A stretch of 64,000 nucleotides of DNA from Octopus bimaculoides (lineage: Eukaryota): assembly GCF_001194135.2 (NCBI RefSeq), contig NC_068982.1, positions 125,461,765 through 125,525,764 of the forward strand. The letters are read 5' to 3'. The notes beneath the pieces are model-generated. The model made no database searches. It was not told where the DNA came from and saw nothing but the letters and a program-made list of their open reading frames with translations. How positions within the stretch are numbered: the first letter of the stretch is position 1; every line of letters begins with the position of its first letter. Positions 41,590 to 57,851 of this stretch are shown piece by piece. A program made the position numbers and the translations under genes.

Positions 41590-42205
41590 CTATACATAGA
41601 GTCGTTAATCTGTAGCGAGTGATTGAGTTTCTTCATCCAGATGGGTGCGAAGGGTGTCGGTGCTTGGTTGGTTGCTCAGGCCAAGAGTGGTATAGAAGAG
41701 CTGGGGGAATTTATCGCAGATGGTTGGCGGGGGATCAAGAAATGCAAGTTGCTCTTCGTGTCCTCGACGTCTGAACTCTGCTTCTTGACGTCTGTTATTT
41801 TCCATCGGGTCCGTTCCCTTGACGATGAAATGCCGCCACTTTGGGAGATCCTTGGTGATTATCTCCAAGGTATTTGGGTCAATGAAGCAACGGAAGAGAG
41901 TGGCCTTGAGCTGATCTCGGAAACGAAATTTGGGGGCTCGACGTAGTCTGGTGCCTGAGGTCAACTTTGCAAAGAGGAGTTGACGGAGGAGGCAGTGCCA
42001 TGCCATGGTAGCTTCACTATTGGGCAGTCTGGTCTGGAGAAGGACCTCTTGATTGGTAATATAGTCCTTCCATCGAATACCCATGATTGCGCGAAGATTG
42101 AGCCGTAGGAAACGTTTGATTTTCTTCAAGTCACATTGATACAACACATACATCTCACAACCGTAGAGGAGTGTGGAAAGGACGACAGCTCGGAATACCT
42201 CATAC
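41590..42205 (-). mobile_element. RTE/BovB-like LINE, 3' end of ORF
   Basis: [43 protein letters not shown]. Confidence 0.85.
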
Positions 42206-43060
42206 ACACACATCCATACACACACACACACACACACGCACGCACACACGCACGCACACACGCACACGCACGCGCACGCACACACACGCACACACACACA
42301 CATATGTATGACGAACTTCCACACAGTTTCCGACTATCAATATTCACTCAGAGAGCATTGCTCGATTAGTCATTCTAGGGCTAGAGTAGATCACAACTGG
42401 CCATGGTTCCATGCAATAGGATCGAACCCAGAATTATAAGGTTGCAAAGCGAGCTTCTTAACGACACACTCATGCCTTTCTAAATTCGTAACAGAGGAGC
42501 CCAAATTTGGGGCAAAGCACAAAGGCATGGTTCACCACAACAAGGAATATAATAGACGATGATCCGAGAACACGACAAATATTTAGTTCATTGACTCTGA
42601 GATGTTAAGGAGAATTGACCTCTGTCGAACTCAGAATGTAAACGTTATGAATGACTTCTACAAAGCCCTAAAATCATCGCTCTATGTCTTGTTGCCATTA
42701 TATCACCTATAGAGCTGATATTGGTAGAATTACCAGTTCTCTACCGAAAAAATGTGAGGTAAGTCTAAAGCCTAAAGAAAAAAATATTTTGTAGCGTTTC
42801 ATCATCATTCAGCTGGCATTTGATTTTGTGGCATGATAAACAGATGTTGGCTCTGAAAACTTTCAGGACTTATCTTTTTGCAGGTTGCTATTTTCACCAA
42901 GATAAACTTTATATAAAATAAATAAGAAATAAGTAAATAAACTAAAACGGAACCAAATCTGACCAAAGATAACTAAATTAAGATTATTTATCGCGTTTTA
43001 AGTACACATCTCTACACATACCAACCTAACAAATTTGGTTGACATGTATATGTATATCTA

Positions 43061-43932
43061 CGAGGTCTGATCAATAAGTATCCGGACGGTTGCCATAGTA
43101 ACGAAGCTAAAGCACACAGAGTAAGTAAAACTGCTCGGCAAATATTGCCCTTGAAATCTGCTGTGCATGCGCACTAAGTTTTAACGTTCTAACTCACTTC
43201 CGCTGTTTACAGCAGTGCTTGGAAGGAAGGTGTGTAGCGTGTGCTCGTCGCATTGACCATGACAGAATAAGTTGTCATGGCGATACCTGCTGAGAGGCCT
43301 GCGCAAAGTTGCAGAAAATGTATGGAGAGGAGTGTATGAGCCGCACAGAAGTGTACGAGTGGTTCAGACGTTTCCAAAGTGGTAGAAAAAAATGTCGATA
43401 TTGACGAACGTTCTGGGAGATTTGCAACCAGCGGAACTGAGAAAATCATCACAGATGTGCGTGCAGCTGTGGGGAGAAATCGTCGAAATACCATCCGTGA
43501 GTTATCGGTTCAGTTCAGTCCATTATCACTGAAGATTTGGGGATGAGACACATGTCTGACAAGTTTGCACTCAAACTGCTTTCAGCTGACCAAAGAGACA
43601 CTCGGGTTTAAGTTTCACAAGATCTCCTTTATTGCGTCGAGAGCAATGAAAACTTTTTGAAAACTTTGCGTGGGCCTCTGAGCAGGTATCGCTAAGCTTT
43701 TGGCACAATTTGATGCAGATTCTCTGCTCAACCTTCTCTGTCATGGTCAGTGCAACGATCACACGCTACACACCTTCTTTCAAAGCACTGCTGTAAACAG
43801 CAGAAGGAGCAAGTACGTTAAAACTTAGTGCGCATGCACAACAACGTTCAAGGTCAATCTGTGCCAAGTGGCTTTACTTGTGGGCTTTAGCTTCGTTACT
43901 ATGGTAACACTCCGGTTATTGAGCAGACCACG
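43061..43932. mobile_element. mariner derivative built from two inverted 5' ends
   Basis: TA-flanked TIRs cgaggtctgatcaataa / ttattgagcagaccacg; transposase N-terminus on + (MSRTEVYEWFRRFQSGR..D.ERSGR) and again on - (MTEKVEQRICIK). Confidence 0.85.
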
Positions 43933-43968
<36 letters not shown>

Positions 43969-43987
43969 TGTGTGTGTGTGTGTTTGT

Positions 43988-44023
<36 letters not shown>

Positions 44024-44049
44024 NNNNNNNNNNNNNNNNNNNNNNNNNN

Positions 44050-44148
<99 letters not shown>

Positions 44149-44499
44149 ATATACATAAATAAAGACACACAAAGTAAATTTAATGTGTGGCGGAACGGTT
44201 TAGAAGTTCGCTTTGCGAACTCAAGGTTTCGACTTCGATCCGACTGCGATGCGTCTTGGAAAAATGTCATTTTCTATAACCTTTTCTCGACCCCAGACTT
44301 TGTTAGTCACATTGGGTAGATGGAAGTTGTATTGAACACCAGTGAATGGATTAAACAGTTGTTCCAAAAGGCACATCCTCACCACACATGCTTATTCCGT
44401 CTGATAAGTACATTAAAGGTACACTTGTCTATGGAATCCTCAGCCATTTACATGTTAATTCAAGAACGGGTAATTTAATTTGATTGAGCAACTGAATCC

Positions 44500-45400
44500 T
44501 CACTGTTTAACGACGGAGATCCACAAAACTGAATATGAGATCTTTTGAAAAATTTTCTAATATCAAAGAAAACTTAGGTACATTTATCTCATTCTTGTTA
44601 CATCACCTCACTTACATAGCAGCTTTCAATGAGTCCTTGGTATTACAAAACTGCCGATTGGTCACCAACGCCATTTTCTTTAGATGCCCCAGTCGTGGTA
44701 ATCCATGGTGTTCCAGGGAGTGAGGAGATCACATGCTAGCAGTCACATAATCGTGAAATTTTTAGGCCGGACATTCGCAAGTCATGAGGGTCGTGTGAAA
44801 GGGATGCAGAGTCTTGCAGGAATGTGTTCAGCTTTCCTTAGGCCAGCCCTCCGTTCGTAACTCAAGCACTGTATCTAATATCTCGATGTAGTTGGTGATA
44901 TTGGCCTTGAGACCCTGTAACATGTAAGGCAGCATTGCATGACCCTCATTTCTCATGACCCACCCAGGATCATGAGAGAAACAATGTGAGAGAAACAATG
45001 TGGAAACAATGTGCTTCACAGTCTGTGCTTTGATAGGGTGCACACAACACCATGTATCACTCTTTCTGTTCACCTTCTGGTCCTGGTCGAAGTTCACTTC
45101 GGAGAAAACCAGAGAATTGCTCAATTCTCGATGTGTTCAGAATTTATTCAGCAATTACTTCGATCGGATCACACGATTCTCTTGGAACTTATCGGATACG
45201 AACTGTCTTCTCCTCACCATGTACTGACGTCCTCGGCATCGTGCGTCTGATAAATAGACTCCGATTCATTGAGTTGCTTGGTGATGACCCTCGTCGGCTT
45301 TCAGATTTATAGTCCATATCCTGGGCGAACTTTGACTTCCTGACGACCAGCCTCTGATTTACGAAAATGTTTTTGTTTTTTTTTCTTCTTTTAACAACGG
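44500..45400 (-). mobile_element. maT (DD37D-type) transposase remnant
   Basis: FSEVNFDQDQKVNRKSD..LQGLKANITNYIEILDTVL..QDSA; same family type as 29815-30535. Confidence 0.65.
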
Positions 45401-45573
45401 TTGACATGTGCTATCGTTCCTTGGGACGAGGAGACTAAAATTCTATCAACTCGATTATCTGCTAGTGCTAACGTCTGTTGCCCAAGTGAGCAATGTAAGT
45501 CAATCAACTTGACGTCATACATGCTTTAAGGAAATAAACAGTAAACATATCCTTATTTGGAAAATGTATGTTT

Positions 45574-45669
<96 letters not shown>

Positions 45670-46267
45670 CCTTATTTAGAAAATACTTCCTCACCCAAAT
45701 TACACCGATATTAATTTTGGGTTTGAAATAAAATATTATCGTTCTTCTCTGTTCATTTATTTAGTTTCATATTACTTAGTTTCTGTTACTTCGTCTTACA
45801 GGTCTCGAAAACATCCGCCAATGAGGTCATGCTATTCTTGTCTCCCTCAGCAGTAAAGAAACACAGTCACAGTAATATAACAGCTAGCATCATCATTATC
45901 ATCACCATCACAGTCTTTGAGCATCAACAGCACATAGTAAAAGCCTTCGCGATCGCTTTAAATGTTAAGCCTTATATTTAGGAGTGATCTCCCCTGGCAA
46001 ACGCACTCCTTTAACATAGCAATAGCTATAGGTCAAAGACTTCTCTTCAGAACCAAAATATACTAATATACTTCAGACTGTAGCAACTACTAATCCTCTG
46101 CAAAACTTGGGTGTAATCTTCTATGGAATACTGTTACTATATCTGGAACGGTGGTGATGCTACAAACGCTGACATCGAAGATCGCATCCACAGAAAGTCA
46201 CTCACAAATACGTTCTAGCCTCTGATCCACAAATGTGCTATCTCCTCTCTCTCTCTCTCCCTCTCTC

Positions 46268-46317
<50 letters not shown>

Positions 46318-46364
46318 NNNNNNNNNNNNNNNNNNNNNNNNNNNNNNNNNNNNNNNNNNNNNNN

Positions 46365-46417
<53 letters not shown>

Positions 46418-47387
46418 GCGTTCTATCGCTTCACAAATACTTTGTAAGTGGAATTTAACTGACAGATATTGTATGTATAGAGGCCCGTCGAGTGGATTGT
46501 ACCTGTATTTAGAAGATACAATCATATCATACATTGATTCTGCTTGAACATTACATTAAGGGTACAAGTGACTGTAGAATACTCAGCCACTTATAAGTTA
46601 ACTGAGGACAGGTAATGCAGTTGATAGAACAACCGAGTCATCATCGTCGAACAACGCAGATCTCCCGCAATATAGACCATTCGTTATTCTGTAAACAGTT
46701 TATTTGCTCTCGTTAAGTATATATTAACTTTACAGCTCAACTTATCTACAACTTCATCCAAAATTTTTTTTCTTCTGCTTTTATTAAAATGACCTTTAAA
46801 AATTCAGGAAGGGAGTTTACCGAGTGACTTTTGACTTTTACCTGCAAATTCAGTTCTTATATCTTTAGTTTCAAATTTAAACAAATGAAATCCACGAATA
46901 AATAGAGATTAGTTAACACATAGTTTAGAAAAAAGAGAGAGGGAGAGAAACAAAATTTCAAGTAAATTATATACTCTCAATTTTTTTTTCTTCCTTAATT
47001 AAAGAATAGGGCTCGGTCTCATGGCATTTGCAAAACCTGCTTGACACGAAGTAGATAATACGGAAAGTGGGCAGGATGTGCAGTTTGCTACTTTTGAGGA
47101 ACATATGTTGAGCTAAAACAACAGCAGTTGACGTCGCAGGGAAAAGAAAATGTGCCTCGGTAAGACGGTGGTCATAGTTAATTAGTGAATTAATCATTGT
47201 CAGCAGAATCGTCAGGTTTGAATAAAAACAAAACCGTACCAAAGTGAAACTGTCTAAGCAGGGGTACGCGTAAACTGAGCTACAATTGTATTTGTGAGGC
47301 GGCCATAATAGGTTTTCAAAGATTGTGAAGTCAATAATTTGTACTGATTTTGTGACTTTATATATATATATAGCTATATTGGCAACT

Positions 47388-47776
47388 GTGGAGGCGCAAT
47401 GGCCCATTGGTTACGGCAGCGGACTCACGGTCATAGGATCGCGGTTTCGATTCTCAGACCGGGCGTTGTGAGTGTTGATTGAGCGAAAACACCTAAAGCT
47501 CCACGAGGCTCCGGCAGGGGATGGTGGCGAACCTTGCTGTACTCTTTCACCAAAAACTGTCTCTCACTCTTACTTCCTGTTTCTGATGTACCTGTAATTC
47601 AAAGGGTCAGCCTTAAGGGTACACGTGTCTGTGGAATGCTCAGCCACTTGCACGTNNNNNNNNNNAAAGGGTCAGCCTTAAGGGTACACGTGTCTGTGGA
47701 ATGCTCAGCCACTTGCACGTTAATTTCACGAGCAGGCTGTTCCGTTGATCGGATCAACGGAAGCGACGGAGTGCCA
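47388..47776 (+). mobile_element. SINE family C with a 14-bp TSD
   Basis: ctatattggcaact (47374-47387) / ctatactggcaact (47777-47790). Confidence 0.9.
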
Positions 47777-47832
47777 CTATACTGGCAACTAAAGTATGTA
47801 TTTGTGCATGTATGTGTATGACTGAACGTATG

Positions 47833-47921
<89 letters not shown>

Positions 47922-48059
47922 ATGCATGTACACACACACGTACAAACATACAAACAAGGTAAATTCTTATACTTGTATATAATATACTTGTACATAATTA
48001 CAACAGCTTAAACATATTCTTACAATATCATGAATAATTTTATGATTTTATTCTGAATC

Positions 48060-49720
<1,661 letters not shown>

Positions 49721-49974
49721 TTAACTGCGTTGGCTCAGTGTTTTGGGAAGGCCAATCAAAGCTATGGGTATAGACCCTTACTTCAGGTTGAACCAGTAAA
49801 AAATTAAGTCAATAAAAACATTAATACAAAGACAACTTTTACAGCAGTGATGGTTAAATTTCGATTGAATCAAAGTTTTATCAAAATCTGAGGGATTTTA
49901 ATGAAGATACTACAGGTAAAGAAACTAAATGTCTAAAAGGTATTTAATATTGTTTATAATTCTAGCATAAGACC

Positions 49975-52445
49975 AGTATTTTGGAAAGAGGGAACAAGTT
50001 GATTAAATCAACGCAGTACTTGATTGATACTTTATTTTATCGACCCCGAAAAGATGAGAGGCACAGTTGACATCGACAGGATTTGAATTCGGAACGTAAA
50101 GTGTCGAAAGAAATGCTACCGCACATTTTGTTCGACGCGCTGGAGAGTCTAATATGTTGTTGCTAGCATTCAGGTCAGGTCTTAGGTTTGAGAATCCCTT
50201 ACTCTCTTTCATCAGTTTCGTAGGTCAAAAGGATCATGGACACAAGATTTCATCCTGATTATGCGATAAAAAAAAAATGCTTCCATCAACTTTAATTGAA
50301 ATAATAAATAGGAAAACAGGAAGTGAAGAGAAAATGGGAGATAGAATTAACAAGATGAGAAATAAGGGAGAAAGGGATATGATACTATTTTGTGGTGAAT
50401 GTTAATAAGACTACAAAAACAATTTCGATCTGGGAATGAAGCAATTTCATTTCACGTACACGGTCAAATATCTGGTAGCAACTAAATATACATCACAACA
50501 ACCCATTGCCCTTTCCTGACAAAGTAAGAACAACGTCATCCTGTGTCCCCTTTCCTGAAATATACTGGATTTCTTTTTTTACTTTATAAAAAAAAAAAAA
50601 AAAATTCATGACATTTTATCTTAAGAGTCTGAATTAGTTTCATTAGAATTTAAGCTTCCTTTTTATTATCCTTCATGTATTAAATTTTGACATTTTTTTG
50701 TTTTACAACTTGAATCTGACTAATTTTGGCCAGGAACGAAACCTCTTTGCGCATGAGTCAATGAAGAGTTCACTAAATATTCATTCGACGTGTTAAAATG
50801 GCATCTTCCTGTGACCTTGAACAGGANNNNNNNNNNGCAATGGCCCCCCGGTGGTTAGGGCAGCAGACTCGCGGTTTCGATTCCCAGACCGGGCGTTGAG
50901 TGTTTATTGAGCGAAAACACCTAAAGCTCCACGAGGCTCCGGCAGGGGATAGTGGCGAACCCTGCAGTACTCTTTCACCACAACTTTCTCTCACTCTTAC
51001 TTCCTGTTTCTGTTGTGCCTGTAATTCAAAGGGTCAACCTTGTCACACTGTGTCACGCTGAATATCCCCGAGAACTACGTTAAGGGTACACGTGTCTGTG
51101 GAGTGCTCAGCCACTTGCACGTTAGTTTCACGAGCAGGCTGTTCCGTTGATCGGATCAACTGGAACCCTCGATGTCGTAAGCGACGGAGTGCCAACAACA
51201 AATACTATAAACAAAGAGGAGGTGAACACTTTTCATCAGAGGTCGACTCAGTTAAGGTTGAACTTGAATTAAACCAATAATAACTACCATCCTGCAGACT
51301 GAATTCTTTTCTTGACCCCCAACACTCACAAGTCCAGTTAGCCAGTTTCCATGACATGGACGCTTCCTTTAAACGAGACGCCAGTCCATTGCCGAGTTCA
51401 AGCACAGCAATTTTTGAGGGAAGGGGGAAAAGTTGATTAAATCGACTCCAGTATGTGACTGGTATTCTATTTCACCGACCCTAAAGGGATGAAAGACATG
51501 AAAGTTGACCAAGACGGGACATGAACTCAAAACATAAAGAGCCGAAAGAAAAGCTGCTAAACATATTGTCCAGTGTGCTAACGGTTCTGTCAGCTCGCTG
51601 CTAATGCAGGCCGAATTACGAAGTTAATTTCTTGCGCCATAGTTTTTTCGTAAATGGATAACATTATCTATTTCTTCTGATTAAATAAACGACCACTCCA
51701 AATGTTGGTACGTGACTGAATCACAGAGTCATTAATATGTCACAATTTTAATTCAGACGCACCAACAGGATCGAATTTAAATATTGCAAAATTCCACTGC
51801 GGCGCCTTGATGTATAGGTCATCTCTATTTCATAGACGACAAACACTATTACTTTAACACGATGCAGATCAGCGAGAGCATTGCTTTTGTTTGTTTTTTT
51901 TAATCTTCTTGATATAACAGATAAAAATGCATTTCTTCGCTATACTAAAATAGACATATGGACTAAACTAATTTAACCTGTCCTACATTTAACTATATCT
52001 TTGCAATTCTTTGCAATGCTGAACGTAATAAGTTAATCCTCGAGAGATTCTTGCTGACATCTAGTGATACAAAAATTCCTAAAGCAGCGAGATAAAATAA
52101 TAATTTACGATGAAGGAGAGTCTTATTTTAAGACCAACAGAACTGAGTACGTCAAAGATAAGATACTAAGATGCATGGCAACTAATAACAGCCTTCGTCG
52201 TCAAAATTCGTTTTAATAAAGTTCAAAAAATTAATGGTTCCAAATTTTGGAACAAGGTCAGCAGTTTCAGTGAAGGCAGATGTTAGGTCAATTAGATTGA
52301 TCCAAATACTCGCTCGGTACTTTATTTTATCGACCTCAAAAGGACGAAAGGAAAATTTTACCTCGACAAGATTTGAACTCAAAACTTAAAAAAGAAATGT
52401 CGATAAGCGTTTTGCACGAAGTATTAACGATTCTGCCAGCTCGCT
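49975..52445. mobile_element. SINE B copies (-) at about 49975-50150, 51410-51601, 52235-52445 and SINE C (+) at 50837-51200
   Basis: Similarity to the family B and C copies elsewhere in the window. Confidence 0.8.
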
Positions 52446-52799
52446 AGATGAATCTTTTAAGGTTTCAAACGAAAACCTTAGATTTTCGTCTGACCCCTTT
52501 AGATTCGAAAGAAAATGAGAAACGTATTTGGTGGCTATGAATAGAGTTCAAGCTGTATAAGGAAGAAGACAATGAATCAAGGAATGTATTGAAAGGTCAC
52601 AAGACAGAGTAGTCTAGGTTTAAAGATAGTTTAGAGAAAGTAATTAGTTGAAATAGCTAAAAAAAAAACCGAACTACTTACTTGTGCGTGTGTGTAAACA
52701 CACACACATACATATCTATATATATATATAGATATATATATATATACAGATACATGCACACACACATATATATATATATGTATANNNNNNNNNNTCGAA

Positions 52800-52960
52800 G
52801 CGGCAACTTCTTCGAACCGTTCCCGCCAGAACGCAAACTGACCAATCACAGCCCTTAATAAGGTCACGTGATAGTGTTTTTCTACTACCGTCTTGGAGCT
52901 CCCTTAATGCTTTAAATAGAGCAACTCATACCCAGCAAATTTGTCTCGGTTCAGTTCTCT
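52800..52960. promoter_or_regulatory. Candidate Pol II promoter
   Basis: TTCGAA 52811, TTCCCGCC 52820-52827, GACCAATCAC 52840-52849, GTCACGTGAT 52863-52872, TTTAAATA 52911, TCAGTT 52951; locally CpG-rich. Confidence 0.4.
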
Positions 52961-54799
52961 TTGAGATCTGTTCTGTGTACCATACGACAGCAGCAGCAGC
53001 AGCAGCGGCAGCCAACGACACATCAACAGCTTTGTCCAACGATGACCACCGCCGTCGCCACATCAGCANNNNNNNNNNTGTACCATACGACAGCAGCAGC
53101 AGCAGCAGCGGCAGCCAACGACACATCAACAGCTTTGTCCAACGATGACCACCGCCGTCGCCACATCAGCAACACGAGTCTACGACTACTAACCAGCATC
53201 ATCGTCATGACCAACACGATTCTACGACTACTACCAAGCAGCATCAATCACCACCAGCATCAACACGACTTACTATGTACACCAAACTAAACCACCGCGG
53301 CACATCTCTCTCTTCGATTCTGTTAGGTGACTCAGCTTCACCACGATAAATAAACAGACAAGAGATTTCAGCCAGCGACGAACGACGAACATCTGTATAA
53401 CAAGAATCACGGCNNNNNNNNNNNNNNNNNNNNNNNNNNNNNNNNNNNNNNNNNNNNNNNNNNNNNNNNNNNNNNNNNNNNNNNNNNNNNNNNNNNNNNN
53501 NNNNNNNNNNNNNNNNNNNNNNNNNNNNNNNNNNNNNNNNNNNNNNNNNNNNNNNNNNNNNNNNNNNNNNNNNNNNNNNNNNNNNNNNNNNNNNNNNNNN
53601 NNNNNNNNNNNNNNNNNNNNNNNNNNNNNNNNNNNNNNNNNNNNNNNNNNNNNNNNNNNNNNNNNNNNNNNNNNNNNNNNNNNNNNNNNNNNNNNNNNNN
53701 NNNNNNNNNNNNNNNNNNNNNNNNNNNNNNNNNNNNNNNNNNNNNNNNNNNNNNNNNNNNNNNNNNNNNNNNNNNNNNNNNNNNNNNNNNNNNNNNNNNN
53801 NNNNNNNNNNNNNNNNNNNNNNNNNNNNNNNNNNNNNNNNNNNNNNNNNNNNNNNNNNNNNNNNNNNNNNNNNNNNNNNNNNNNNNNNNNNNNNNNNNNN
53901 NNNNNNNNNNNNNNNNNNNNNNNNNNNNNNNNNNNNNNNNNNNNNNNNNNNNNNTATATATATATACGAGAGGGTGATGAGAGAAGACCTATACATTGTG
54001 TTTTCTGAGATTTTAGAAAAGTTTTTGATATATTTTGGTTAAATGTTTGCTATCTCGTTAGAGCTCTCTCCCTCTCTGTTTCTCTCGAAAAAATTTTTTA
54101 CGATGTGGTTGTTATACCCTGTGTGCAGCAAAAAGTGGGGACTGGTGAAGTTATCGTAAATAGTATAATAACACGTGAATTGATTGGGATGTAAATGTAG
54201 TTTACATCTTCTCATATTACCTTTTGCTTGTTTCGGCCATGCTGGGGCATCGCCTTGAAGAGTTTCGGTCGAAAAGAATCGACCCCAGTATTTATGAGGT
54301 TTGATAAGTCTGGTACGTATTCTATCAGTTCTTTTACTGAACCGCTATGTTAATGGAACGTAAACAAACCAACACCGGTTGTCACGCGATGGCGGGGAGC
54401 ATCAACACATGTACATATATGTGTGTGTGTGTGTATACACCAATGTTCCACAACCGGTATGTCGCGGCACTGGTGTGCCACGAGACGATGCTAGATGTGC
54501 CGCAGTGTAACCTGAATATAATTTTTTTCCCTATACTTTTAGTTATAATTTTAGTGCAGGTGTGCCGCCGAATTTTGAAACGAATATAAGTGTACAGCAA
54601 GTGAAAAAATGTTGCAGAACACTGACATACACGACGGGCTTCCACACAAGTTTCCATCTTCCAAATTCACTCACAAGGTCATGTGACCAGCCCAAGACTA
54701 CGGAAGACACTTGACGGAGATGCCGGGCAGTAGGACTTAACCCAAGACTACATGGTTACAAAACAAGCTTCTTCACCACACAGCTATGCCGACACCTGT

Positions 54800-55090
54800 T
54801 ATTTTTATACTGTTTTTGGACATCAGTGTGTGGTGAGTATTGAAGTATCTTCCCCAGTGGTGCTCGAGTGTACTCAAGTGTTTCACCTAGCACGTGTTAT
54901 TTGGTGAAGATAAGAGTTCTATGCGTATATTTCTAACATTTATGTTTTTGTTCTTTTACTTCTAAGTTATCCTTCCACATTAGTGTTGAAATGTTTATGT
55001 ACTGGACAATATATCTATGTTGCAAGGTTTTCACCATCGTCTACTATATCGTGTGCTATCATAATGTAATTAGAGAGTCGACGTGCCGTA
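54800..55090 (-). mobile_element. Probable Penelope-like GIY-YIG C-terminal remnant
   Basis: CPVHKHFNT and LSTLEHHWGRYFNTHH fragments. Confidence 0.4.
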
Positions 55091-55627
55091 GGATTCTTTC
55101 ATATTAATGTAACACGTAAGATGTATGATAAAATGTTTTACCTTAGGTCAAGATTTTTTTTCAGTGCTACTCTAGTTGTTCTGTTAAAGACTATTTTATC
55201 CAATTGTACTTTGCCTGTTATTTTGTTGGTTAAGTTTGGATTTATGCATAATTTGATTTACTTTATACCTATGTATGAGAGCGGATGGTGTGACATTCGC
55301 AAGATCAACGAATCTGTCAAGTTTTATTGTAATATAGAAACTGCGAGATGAATCAAAGGACTCATCCATCAGATAAAAGCGAAGCCATATTATTTGGGGT
55401 TCGTTCTGTGATATGAGTGAACTTTGGATTTTGATACGGCCACTGATGAAGTTTGGTAATATGGGGGAAAAGAGGAGAATCTCAGCCTCATACAGCTGCA
55501 CTGCTAATCTGGTAATAAAATTAACCGGGAGAAACAGTTTTGAAGAATTAGATGGAGGTTGACCGTGGTACCAGATTGGAATATGGAAGAGGCTGTCTGA
55601 AACTTAAAGCTATTAGACTTATATTCT

Positions 55628-56480
55628 TTTCTATTCTAGGCACAAAGCCCGAAATGTTTCGGCGGAGAGGGGGCCAGTCGATTAGATCGACCCCAGTACT
55701 CGACTGGTACTTAATTTATTGACCCCGAATTTATGAAAGACAAAGTCAATCTCAGCAGAATTTGAACTCGGAACGTAAAGACAGACGAAATACCTATTTC
55801 TTTACTGCCCACAAGGGGTTATACACAGAGGGGACAAACAAGGACAGACAAACAGATTAAGTCGATAACATCGATCCCAGAGCATAACTGGTACTTAATT
55901 TATCGACCCCGAAAGGATGAAAGGCAAATTTGACCTCGGCGGAATTTGAACTCAGAACGTAACGGCAGACGAAATACCGCTAAGCAATTCGCCCGGGGTG
56001 CCAACATTTCTGCCAGCTGGCCGCCTTTTATTTTTTTATTTATNNNNNNNNNNNNNNNNNNNNNNNNNNNNNNNNNNNNNNNNNNNNNNNNNNNNNNNNN
56101 NNNNNNNNNNNCCTCGTAGAGCTTTAGGTGCTTTCGCTCAATAAACACACACAACGCCCGTTGTGGGGATCGAAACCGCGAGTCCGCTGCCCTAACCACC
56201 GGGGGGCCATTGCGCCTCCACAAAATAAATGCGCCCTTTTAAAGCCTAACCAGGCTCACGGGCTCGGTTTCCCGATTTCAATGGCGTGCGTGTTCCCCAG
56301 CTGGACGGGACGCCAGTCCATCGCAGCATTACTCATTTTTGCCAGCTGAGTTGAGTGGACTGGAGCAACGTGAAATGAAGTGTTTTGCTCAAGAACACAA
56401 CGCATCGCCCGGTCCAGGAATCAAAACCACAATCTTTATCATGGTGCTGACATCCTAACCACTAAGCCACGCACGCCGCC
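55628..56480 (-). mobile_element. SINE cluster: B dimer 55628-56028, C head 56112-56221, D-like 56232-56480
   Basis: Reverse complements of the family consensus segments seen elsewhere in the window. Confidence 0.85.
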
Positions 56481-56929
56481 TTTAATAAACTTAATATTGC
56501 AGAGAATGACTGCCAATAGTCATCCTCTGCAACATGGCGAAGAGAAAGAGAAGTTGGTAGGAGACACCAGGGAAAGAAAAAGGCGTTAAAAGTTTTGGCT
56601 TTTATTCAGTGCCTGTAACTCATAAGACAGAGCGAGTACAAAGGTGTTTGGGTTTCTCCACGTAAGAAGCTCTGGTGCGCAACTAGTCTGGAATTGTTGG
56701 GTTTATGAAGGAAATATATATTGGGGATTTTTTAAAAAAGGGGAGAAGTGGTGTTAAGAGAAAGTAGAATAGAATTTAAGGTGATAAAAGTGAAGGAGCC
56801 TTAATTCTGGTTGTAGAGCGTGAAGTATTAACCAAGTGCATCTAAACTAGAACAACACAGTCGTTGAAGTCTATTAAGTTGATTAAACAATACGCAAAAT
56901 ATTTAAAAATTTTTATACAATTCCAAATA

Positions 56930-57047
56930 ATATTTAATTTTACCAATAGGATTCTAGAAACATCGAATGGTTATGGAGGCCCATCTGAGTAAAATAGGAA
57001 TCAAAAGGAGCAAAAAAAAAAAAAAAAAAAATGGTTGAAAACCACTG
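56930..57047 (+). mobile_element. Right end of the hAT-like MITE family seen at 2336-3413
   Basis: gaaacatcgaatggttatggaggccc...aaatggttgaaaaccactg matches 2620-2707 plus the TIR. Confidence 0.7.
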
Positions 57048-57851
57048 GTTTAAATTATAATCCGCAAGTTATTCCCTTGACCTTTATTTTCGGTATCAGA
57101 GAATTTGAACTTGAGACGTAACTAAATATTTTAATGTACTGAATCTCTCTTTCATTGCAGTCTTTATTCATCTCTAACATCAAAATTATAATTTGAATAT
57201 TCAAGTATAGTCAATCAAATTTCTCAGCTCGACACTTTGTCGATTCTGTAAGAACAGGGAACAAAGTTGACTCATATGAGATGTAAGCTCAGAAGATATA
57301 TATACCATAAGGCAATTTTTAGGTCAATTCTGCCAATCATTCATATATATATATATATATATATATATGAATTGAAAAACATGTTTAGTCAGATATTCAC
57401 AAGCCTTTCTAAATGGATTTAGGTGCTTAGAGTTAAAGAAACTCCTCCAGAATATATATTTACATTTTGGTAGGCGTTAGTGTTAGCAATGACATATGAC
57501 CAATTAATCACTTTCAGCTGACACATACACACACATGTATCAGTTCAGCAGTCTTAAGAATAATGATGTTAGTTAAATGTATATCAAATTGGTTCAGGAA
57601 ACATGGTTGTTTAAAAAAATATAGAAATGACAAACAGATAGATGTTAAAATTACTGGAAATGTTGCCTATACAATTACAACTAAGGTTGAAAATAATGTT
57701 TAAGAAAACCTTAATAAGCAAAACGTGTGAATGTAATTTTCGCTGGCACAAAATGCCATGTTTATATGAACAGAAACCAACAGTAAAGGCTTCGACAGAA
57801 TTAGATCAGATAACAATTTTAATAGAAAATTAAAGGTCTTTATATTAATAA

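Noticed and set aside
47600-47720. Duplication across a 10-N gap inside SINE C
   Set aside because: Near-identical sequence on both sides of a 10-N spacer is typical of unmerged contig overlap.
52975-53172. Tandem duplication of about 90 bp (CAG-rich)
   Set aside because: The copies are separated by a 10-N spacer, so this is most likely an assembly artefact.
55440-55475. CTGATGA motif as a hammerhead core (also 38043)
   Set aside because: No pairing stem II followed by a properly placed GAAA and stem III.
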